A program made the translations under genes and the position numbers. 32,000 nucleotides of DNA, taken from Gemmata obscuriglobus (lineage in GTDB: Bacteria; Planctomycetota; Planctomycetia; Gemmatales; Gemmataceae). Of the stretch, positions 25,989 through 32,000 are shown one piece after another; positions within the stretch are counted from its first letter, which is position 1; the number at the start of each line of letters is the position of its first letter. The stretch is taken from contig NZ_CP042911.1 in assembly GCF_008065095.1 (NCBI RefSeq), forward strand, positions 1,350,001 to 1,382,000. Reading direction: 5' to 3'. The notes below the pieces were generated by a model, which was not told the origin of the DNA, ran no database searches, and saw nothing but the letters and a program-made list of their open reading frames with translations.

Positions 25989-26079
25989 GCCGAACGTAAA
26001 GCTCACCTGCACCGCCATCGCCGAGTGAGCGGTGCGTTCCAAGTCAGCGGGCGGTGTCAGGTGCAGCGCCGGGTTCGGC
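25989..26079 (-). repeat. attC: integron attC site
   Basis: R boxes + bulged L stem; 91 bp. Confidence 0.85.
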
Positions 26080-26412
26080 TCGCTCACGTCCGCGCCGCGC
26101 ATCCGCGGATGCCCGCGCCACCGATGCGGCCACGCGGAGCACCGCCGACCCGGAGCACCGTGTCGCCGCACGTCGGAGGCCACCCACCACCCCCACTCGC
26201 GGCGACGAGCCGCGCCGACCACCGACCGGTGTTGGCGGAGCGCAACCGACCCGAACCGCCGTGTCCCCACCCGCCGCCCGCCACGCCCAACCGCACCTCG
26301 CGGCGACGAGCCGCGCCCGCGCCCACCGGCACTCTGCGGAGCCCGACGCGCGGGGTTCACCCACGCGGACCACACGCACACCGCCGCACGGGCGCTCCAG
26401 CACGCGAGGGTT
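26080..26412 (-). repeat. ORF-less R-type cassette (2 modules)
   Basis: 333 bp; first ~100 nt the same as 26931-~27030. Confidence 0.7.
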
Positions 26413-26503
26413 GCCGAACAACAAGCTCACCTGCACCGCCATCACCGGATGAGCAGTGCGTCCCAAGTCAGCCGGCGATGTCAGGTGCAGCGCCGGGTTC
26501 GGC
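26413..26503 (-). repeat. attC: integron attC site
   Basis: R boxes + bulged L stem (ggcgatgtcaggtg variant); 91 bp. Confidence 0.85.
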
Positions 26504-26840
26504 TTCGTCGCTGGCCGTTGCGGTTCCGCGGAGCCCGCGCTCGTACCGCGCATCCGCGGAGCCACCACCGACCCGCACCACCGTGTCCCGGCCCACCGAG
26601 GGCCACCCACCACCGCACCTCGCGGCGATGAGCCGCGCCGACCACCGGCGGGCGCCACGCGGAGCACCACCGACCCGAACCGCCGTGTCCCCACGTGCCG
26701 CCAGCCACGACCACCCGCCACTCGCGGCGGCGAGCCGCGCCAGACCCGATCGGCACCACGCGGAGCCCGACCCGCGGGGCTCACCCACGCGGACCACACG
26801 CCCACCGCCGCCGCACGCGCGATCAAGCGCCCTTCTGGGT
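26504..26840 (-). repeat. ORF-less R-type cassette (2 modules)
   Basis: 337 bp; conserved head/tail and module hairpins. Confidence 0.7.
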
Positions 26841-26930
26841 GCCGAACATGCAGCTCACCTGCACTGCCAGGATGAAGTGAGCATGACAACGGTGGCCGAT
26901 GGCGGTGTCAGGTGCAGCGCCGGGTTCGGC
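26841..26930 (-). repeat. attC: integron attC site
   Basis: R boxes + bulged L stem; 90 bp. Confidence 0.85.
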
Positions 26931-27264
26931 TCGCTCACGTCCGCGCCGCGCATCCGCGGATGCCCGCGCCACCGATGCGGCCACGCGGAGCACCGCCGAC
27001 CCGGAGCACCGTGTCGCCGCACGTCGGAGGCCACACACCACCGACACCTCGCGGCGATGAGCCGCGCCGACAACCGACCGTATCGGCGGAGCACCACCGA
27101 TCCGACCCACCGTGTCCCACGGCACCACCGGCCACGCCCACCGCACGCTCGCGGCGGTGAGCCGCGCCACACACCCACGGGCACCACGCGGAGCCCGACG
27201 CGCGGGGTTCACCCACGCGGACCACACGCCCACCGCCGCACGCGCCCTCATGCGCGCGAGGGTT
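26931..27264 (-). repeat. ORF-less R-type cassette (2 modules), first cassette next to attI
   Basis: 334 bp; bounded by attC 26841-26930 and the lone GCCGAAC at 27265-27271. Confidence 0.7.
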
Positions 27265-27410
27265 GCCGAACCAGTGTTTAGTGTGCGACGCTTCGCACAA
27301 TAACACGGGATCATTTCGCCGGCGCGCGACACACGCGCCGGACCGAACGCGATATCGCTACTACAGTTGTCGCACAAAACCCGTCTTCACAATATGCGCA
27401 ATAACAAGGT
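27265..27410 (-). other. attI: candidate attI recombination site and cassette-promoter region
   Basis: Last GCCGAAC (minus strand GTTCGGC) has no partner arm. On minus strand ACTAAAC-ACTG-GTTCGGC resembles an L-spacer-R simple site. Repeats: gcacaataaca (27295) and gcgcaataaca (27396). AT-richer than surroundings. Confidence 0.55.
27319..27341 (-). terminator. GC-rich hairpin between the intI stop and the first cassette (possible terminator or attenuator)
   Basis: ccggcgcg-cgacaca-cgcgccgg: 8-bp perfect stem, 7-nt loop; no U-tract. Confidence 0.3.
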
Positions 27411-27428
27411 AACGGGTCCGTGCGAAAC

Positions 27429-28397
27429 TTACAACCCGTCGAGCGGGCTCGTGACCCCGCGACCGCCTTTGTTGAGCACGTGAGTGTAAATCATGGTCGT
27501 CTCGACGCTCTCGTGCCCCAATAGCTCCTGAACGGTCCGGATGTCCGTACCCGATTCGATCAGGTGGGTCGCGAAGCTGTGCCGGAAGCTGTGGCTGGTC
27601 ACCCGCTTGTCCACCCCAGCGTCCCGCACCGCGTCCGCCAGCACCCGGTTCATCCCGGACTCGTGTAGGTGGTGCCGGCGCGCCGCCCCGGACCGCGGGT
27701 CCACCGAGAGCCGGTGCGCCGGGAACACGTACTGCCACGCCCACGCCGTCGGTGCCGCCGGGTTCTTTGCCGCGAACGCCTTCGGAACATACACCGCCCC
27801 CAGCCCGTTCGCCAGGTCCTCCTGGTGCAATTTTCGCACGTCCGCCAGGTGCCACTCCAGCAGGCCCCGGCACACCTGCGGCAGCATCGTCCGCCGGTCC
27901 TTGTCGCCCTTGCCCCCGCGGACCACGAGCTGGTTCAGGTCCCACTCCACGTCCTTCACCCGCAGCCGCAGGCACTCCAGCAGGCGCAGCCCCGAGCCGT
28001 ACTGGATCAGAGCCACCAGCCGGTGCACGCCCTCCAGTTCCGCGAGCACCGCGCGGACCTCGTCCCGCGACATCACCACCGGCAGCCGCACCCGCCGGTG
28101 CGCCCGCACAACCATCAGCTCGTTCAGCGGCCGCTCCAGAACCACCGCGTACAGAAACAGCAGCGCGCACAGGGCCTGGTTCTGGGTGGACGCGGCCACG
28201 TTGCGGGTCACCGCCAGGTCGGTCAGGAACGCGTTCACCTCGGGCTCGCCCATCCGGTCCGGGTGCTTGATCCCGTGAAACCGAATAAACCGCTCCGCCC
28301 AATCGTGGTACGCGTCCTCGGTGCGGATGCTGTAGTGCCGTACCCGGCATGCGTGCCGAACTCGGTCGAGCAATTTGGGCGGTTGGGCGTCAGACAT
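27429..28397 (-). CDS. intI: integron integrase IntI (tyrosine recombinase, 322 aa)
   Basis: Catalytic motifs [20 protein letters not shown] and [15 protein letters not shown]. IntI-specific insert [31 protein letters not shown]. Adjacent to the attC array. Confidence 0.93.
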   Translation of the reverse strand: MSDAQPPKLLDRVRHACRVRHYSIRTEDAYHDWAERFIRFHGIKHPDRMGEPEVNAFLTDLAVTRNVAASTQNQALCALLFLYAVVLERPLNELMVVRAHRRVRLPVVMSRDEVRAVLAELEGVHRLVALIQYGSGLRLLECLRLRVKDVEWDLNQLVVRGGKGDKDRRTMLPQVCRGLLEWHLADVRKLHQEDLANGLGAVYVPKAFAAKNPAAPTAWAWQYVFPAHRLSVDPRSGAARRHHLHESGMNRVLADAVRDAGVDKRVTSHSFRHSFATHLIESGTDIRTVQELLGHESVETTMIYTHVLNKGGRGVTSPLDGL

Positions 28398-28519
28398 TAA
28401 GAGCCCCGTCTTCTGCTAATGTGTCCACGTGAACATGTTTACCAGACGCAAGAGCGGCGTCAACAGGATCTGACGAGCTCACCCGTTTCTTGCGGCGGGC
28501 ATACCGCAGCATGACTTCG

Positions 28520-28737
28520 GGGTCTTCGCACCAGGCCATTCACGGTCGTGGCCATATGTCCAGAGGGGTCGCAGTGAAGATTCCCCGGGAAACTGAGGGT
28601 TTCTGATCGAGAGTCACGCTGGATATTGAGCAATTGTTCACCAATATCAAGCAAGCACTAGATTCGCAAGTAATTGCCTCGCAAATACTTGCGTTGGGAC
28701 CGTGAATGGCCTGGGTCTTCGCACCCAAGCCATTCGG
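28520..28737. repeat. nested direct/inverted repeats in the intI upstream non-coding region
   Basis: Direct repeats gggtcttcgcacc at 28520 and 28713. 14-15 bp inverted repeat (a)ggccattcacggtc 28534-28548 / gaccgtgaatggcc(t) 28698-28712. Inner palindromes gatattg...caatatc (28622-28648) and cgcaagta...tacttgcg (28665-28693). Confidence 0.5.
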
Positions 28738-29546
28738 CTTCCGTCATCGCTCGGCACCTCCGCACCCGCCGGTCAGCATTTGCAATGCCATTAAGAACGA
28801 GTGGCAGAGCGGGCGGCCGATCGCGGCCTTGTTTCGGCCCACGCGGGCCTCGTATTCGCGAAGAGAGATTTTGACAGGATTAACATGATGAACAATATTA
28901 AGGCCGATCCAGCATTTTCAAGTTCCAGGTTGTGAACCGGTTCGGCAAAAGCCCCGGCCCATTCGTGTGCCGCTCGCTTCACGTGAAACGGCTGAGATCA
29001 GCTTGAGATCCTGATTATCCCGTCGATGCCGCCAAAACCGTCTGATACTTCGCATCGATCTTTGTGAGCGCCGCTGCCCCGGGCCGGCGGTGCCACCCCG
29101 AGCGGGATTTATTCTGGCACGCGCTCATGCGTGGGCCGGAGCGAGCCGCGCGAGGCGGTGCCATCAGGTTAATAGGTGGGCGGCGCGAGGCGTTGGCCGG
29201 CGGACGCCTACGGCCCGTGCGGCGTCGAGTGCCATCCGGTGAGTAGGTGGGGCTGCACAGTGCGTCGTGCGAATCACGTGACCGAAGCACCATCCGCGCG
29301 GCCAAACGCGTCCCGGGGGCACGGGTCTGTAACGGGGGGGGGACACTCGCGACACGAACCGCACCCGCCGACTGGGCCAGCGACGGGACACGAACTGCCG
29401 TCCCGCGGGCGATTCGCTACCCGTTCGCTGGTGCGTCACTACCACCAAATCGCGTCCGCAAAACCCGGACAATGCACCCGGGCGAACGAAGCGAAGACCC
29501 GCGACGGAACCTCTCGCCGAACCGAAAACAGCTGGAGAACCGTAGC

Positions 29547-30383
29547 ATGTCAGAGGTTTTGTCACGTACCCCCGAGCGTGCGCCCCCGCTACTTCCGGTG
29601 TCATTCATGGCAAAAGCGCGTAAGACGTTTCTGTTCGGTCGCGACCGCATCGCAACGGCGACCAGGGGCCGCGGCAAGCACGAACACACCCTCGGCGGGC
29701 CGCACGACCGAACGGGCACCGCGCGGGCGGACTGCAACGGGATTCTGATCCACCTGCTGCACAGGCTGGACCTGACGGACCCGGCCGTCCCGATCCGCAT
29801 ACCGGGCGTGCGGTGGCTGCCGCTCTACTACTGCTTCGACTTCCGCGCCAACGATCTGGGCTACCGGCTGGTGTCCGACGAGGAACTGGTCACCTTCTTC
29901 CCGGACGACGACCCGAACGTTTCTCCGGAAGAGTCGTGGCCCGACGACGAGGGCTACCCGCTGGAGTTTCCGACGTGCCCCATCACAGTCGGCGCGTTCG
30001 GTTACGACCCCGCCGACCTTGAGGACGCGTGCCGCTGGGCGGGCGTGTTCGGCATCGGCAAGCTCTCGGCGCGCGACCAGGCGACCGCGAAGGAGCGGAC
30101 CGCCGAGTTGATGGACGGCCTGGGGCTCCACGCCCCGGAAACGGACGAGGAGTTCGAGCGCGTGATGTGCAGCCCCTTTGCCCAGGGCCGGCCGGACGAC
30201 CCGTGCCTGAACCCGGCGTGCCCCAACCGGGAGAAGCGGGGGCAGTTGACGCCCATCGCCTTGCTGCCGGCGGAACCGGTGCCCGGGGTTCACACGTTCG
30301 GGCGGTACGGCGGCGGCGTGCAGTTGATCTTCCAGCTCTGCCCGGAGTGCGCGACGATCCGGGTGAGCAACCAGTGCGATTGA
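29547..30383 (+). CDS. hypothetical protein (278 aa) with C-terminal Cys cluster (possibly DUF1963/YwqG-like, low confidence)
   Basis: GGAGAA 8 nt upstream of ATG 29547. Upstream part of track ORF 29247-30383 is Arg-rich junk. CLNPAC...CPEC near the C-terminus. Confidence 0.7.
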   Translation: MSEVLSRTPERAPPLLPVSFMAKARKTFLFGRDRIATATRGRGKHEHTLGGPHDRTGTARADCNGILIHLLHRLDLTDPAVPIRIPGVRWLPLYYCFDFRANDLGYRLVSDEELVTFFPDDDPNVSPEESWPDDEGYPLEFPTCPITVGAFGYDPADLEDACRWAGVFGIGKLSARDQATAKERTAELMDGLGLHAPETDEEFERVMCSPFAQGRPDDPCLNPACPNREKRGQLTPIALLPAEPVPGVHTFGRYGGGVQLIFQLCPECATIRVSNQCD

Positions 30384-30405
30384 GCCGAGCCCGAACGGCG
30401 GCTCA
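30381..30405. terminator. hairpin shared by two convergent genes (candidate bidirectional terminator)
   Basis: tgagccg-11 nt-cggctca; both stop codons (tga 30381-30383, tca 30403-30405) lie in the stem. Confidence 0.3.
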
Positions 30406-32000
30406 CCCGGGCCGCGCTTCCTCGATCTCGCGCACCGTGACGAGGTGCTGGCAGTCGTCGTGGTACTTCTTTAATCGGGCGCGGAACGAGGCCGTGTTCT
30501 TCGTACACACCAGCGTGTGCGGCGAGCCGATACGTTCCGTCTTGCAGTCCACGTCGCAGCCGCGGTTGCGAATGGTGTTCTCCAGGTGCGACCGGCGGTC
30601 CTGCGCCGCCCGGAACCGGTGAACGCTCTCCTTCGAGTCACCCAGGAACCGGCGCAATTGGACACAGTCCCCGCACGTGCAGTCGATGTTCGCCTCGCGC
30701 CGGAAGTCGCCCGGCGGCGCCGGCTCCTGCGCCGTCAGCACCTCCAACTGCTGTCGCACCGACCCCACCCACCGGGACACGCCGTCGCACCCGGCCTTGA
30801 GGTGCGTCTTGAGCCAGGGCTGCAATGCGGTCAGCGCCGCGATGTGGTTCGCCAGCGGGTACAGCTTCGCCTGGGCCAGCGCCCGGTCGATAAACGCGGC
30901 AAACAGGTCGAACTGCCGGACCGCGAGGAGGGCGCGCGGCAGCTCGGTCAGAACCGCCGACCGGTCCACGCCCCGGAACCGCCAGTCGTGGCCCGCGGCG
31001 GCGGCCTTATCGAGCGCCCCGAGCACGGACACGAACAGCCCGGCCAGCCGCCCGCACAACGCGACCCGCTCCCCCTCGCCCGCCTTCCGGCGCGACTTGG
31101 TGGCGCACAGCGCCCCCAGGAGCTCCAGGTTCCGCTCCAGGAACTCGACGCCCGGTCCGGGCACCCGGGTCAGCGGGTCGGGGGTGGTCGCCGTGAGCAG
31201 GCCGACGATTTCGGCCTCGAACGTGTTCCAGCCGAGCGCCTCGCACGCCGCCCGGACGGCCCGCGCGGGCTTGATCGTTCGGCTGCCGGTGACCACGTCG
31301 CGCAGGAACGCGCGAACCAGTTCGGGCGCGTCCAGGGCGACCAGCGCGTCGAGCAGGTCGTTCGCCTCGGCGTCCCCGCAGTGCGCGCCGGCGCTCCGGG
31401 CGACCACCTTCGCCGCCAGCGCGGCGCACCGGTCTCGCCCGGCCGGGTCCTTTTTGCGGGCGCCCTGCCACCCGGTAACCATCTGCCGGAGCCACGCGAC
31501 GGCGGCGTGCAGCCCGCAGTCGCAGAGCACGTCGAAGTGCCGCGCGTTCGGCCAGAGGACGATGACCGCGTGCCGGTACCACCGGTTCATGGTCAGCCCC
31601 TCGTTGCCCGTGTACCCGCTCACGCTCTGCTCGGGCTTCGCGCTCGTGAGCGCCTCCGGGGGCACCACCTCGTCCTCCTCGACCTCCATCACCCCGAAGT
31701 CCGGGCGGCCGCCGTCCGGGTCGCTCCAGTGCTCGGCGTTCAGCGTGGTCTCGTAGACCTCGCCCATCTCGTACTCGCCGTCGTCGTCGTCGTCGCTGTA
31801 GCGGCGCCGGCGCCGGCGGGGCGAGTAGTCCTCTTCGGCCGCGCCGGACTCCCAGAGCGTCAGCAGCGCCAGGTGGGCCTGGCAGCCGGCGCGCGTCGCG
31901 GCCTCGTGAAGCACCCGCGCCTTGACCCGGTCCACGCCCTTCAGGGCGTCCCAGACCAACCCGTCCCGGGTGTACTGGTGCCCGAGCGGGACCGCGAGCT
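30403..32000 (-). CDS. large hypothetical protein, 5' end outside window (at least 532 aa); acidic D/E run and C-terminal Cys-rich module
   Basis: Frame stays open upstream of the TTG at 31959 to the window edge (...LAVPLGHQYTRDGLVWDALKG...). Normal composition. Not part of the cassette array. Confidence 0.75.
   Translation of the reverse strand, partial: LAVPLGHQYTRDGLVWDALKGVDRVKARVLHEAATRAGCQAHLALLTLWESGAAEEDYSPRRRRRRYSDDDDDGEYEMGEVYETTLNAEHWSDPDGGRPDFGVMEVEEDEVVPPEALTSAKPEQSVSGYTGNEGLTMNRWYRHAVIVLWPNARHFDVLCDCGLHAAVAWLRQMVTGWQGARKKDPAGRDRCAALAAKVVARSAGAHCGDAEANDLLDALVALDAPELVRAFLRDVVTGSRTIKPARAVRAACEALGWNTFEAEIVGLLTATTPDPLTRVPGPGVEFLERNLELLGALCATKSRRKAGEGERVALCGRLAGLFVSVLGALDKAAAAGHDWRFRGVDRSAVLTELPRALLAVRQFDLFAAFIDRALAQAKLYPLANHIAALTALQPWLKTHLKAGCDGVSRWVGSVRQQLEVLTAQEPAPPGDFRREANIDCTCGDCVQLRRFLGDSKESVHRFRAAQDRRSHLENTIRNRGCDVDCKTERIGSPHTLVCTKNTASFRARLKKYHDDCQHLVTVREIEEARPG

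Larger units (their letters stand above)
1..28397 (-). mobile_element. chromosomal integron: intI, candidate attI and array of 57 complete cassettes plus one truncated cassette (array continues past window start)
   Basis: IntI-type recombinase adjacent to 57 same-orientation ~91-bp attC-like palindromes spaced 235-630 bp; all credible cassette ORFs on minus strand. Confidence 0.9.

Noticed and set aside
243-26930. Regularly spaced ~91-bp repeats could be read as a CRISPR array or as REP/BIME/MITE-type intergenic palindromes.
   Set aside because: The repeats are 90-99 bp imperfect palindromes with integron R boxes and conserved bulges. The spacers are 235-630 bp and mostly hold one ORF each. 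All repeats share one orientation, and the array abuts an IntI recombinase. No cas genes or leader are present.
27361-28400. Alternative-frame and antisense ORFs overlapping intI (27361-28350 -, 27541-28278 +, 27669-28400 +, 27752-28270 +).
   Set aside because: They overlap a strongly supported IntI reading frame and translate to low-complexity Arg/Pro/Gly sequence typical of off-frame high-GC DNA.
28398-28470. Looked for an SOS (LexA) box upstream of intI, as is common for integron integrases. The palindromic gtgaacatgttta / cacgtg lies around 28425-28440.
   Set aside because: It does not fit the CTGT-N8-ACAG, GAAC-N4-GTTC or GTTC-N7-GTTC consensus spacings. The LexA motif of this lineage is unknown to me, so no call was made.
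29000-29546. The GC-rich non-coding stretch was checked by eye for tRNA, tmRNA, RNase P, SRP and cobalamin-riboswitch signatures.
   Set aside because: No conserved core motifs (e.g. GGTTCGAAT T-loop, tmRNA tag ORF with CCA end, B12 box) could be recognised. A covariance-model search is needed.
28460-29604. Small ORFs in the intI upstream region (28460-28654 -, 28540-28728 -, 28674-28874 +, 28791-28982 -, 29015-29305 -, 29164-29604 -) and the long N-terminal extension of 29247-30383.
   Set aside because: No RBS or start context; mutually overlapping; Arg-rich or otherwise implausible composition. The 29247 extension precedes a well-placed GGAGAA-ATG at 29547.

Overview
High-GC (~70%) bacterial chromosomal segment that is almost entirely one very large integron. 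An IntI-type tyrosine recombinase (27429-28397, minus strand) is followed by a candidate attI (27265-~27410). This lies downstream of the intI stop codon and on the same strand. Beyond attI is an array of 57 complete cassettes plus one truncated cassette, which runs off the window start.

Cassettes are delimited by 57 attC-like imperfect palindromes of ~91 bp. Each has GCCGAAC...GTTCGGC R boxes, a 5x5 nt internal loop, and an L stem with two conserved bulged bases. All 57 share one orientation. Every credible cassette ORF is on the minus strand.

Thirty-three complete cassettes carry one small ORF of 65-197 aa. These include 2 SMI1/KNR4 (SUKH) proteins, 2 ankyrin-repeat proteins, an S21-like ribosomal protein paralog, several exported or membrane proteins, and many hypotheticals. 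Several cassettes are present in 2-3 copies.

The most unusual content is 24 ORF-less R-type cassettes. They are built from 1-3 tandem ~101-nt modules with extreme strand bias: about 50% C and 4% T on the + strand. Heads, tails and small hairpins are conserved. Their lengths are quantised at ~235, ~335/357 and ~436-459 bp, they form runs of up to five, and they occupy the three attI-proximal positions. The many long overlapping ORFs over them in all six frames are compositional artefacts.

Right of intI is a ~1.15 kb AT-richer non-coding region with nested repeats, followed by two convergent ordinary genes. I saw no rRNA, tRNA, CRISPR array or transposase. I cannot assign a taxon from sequence alone, and no database search was possible.
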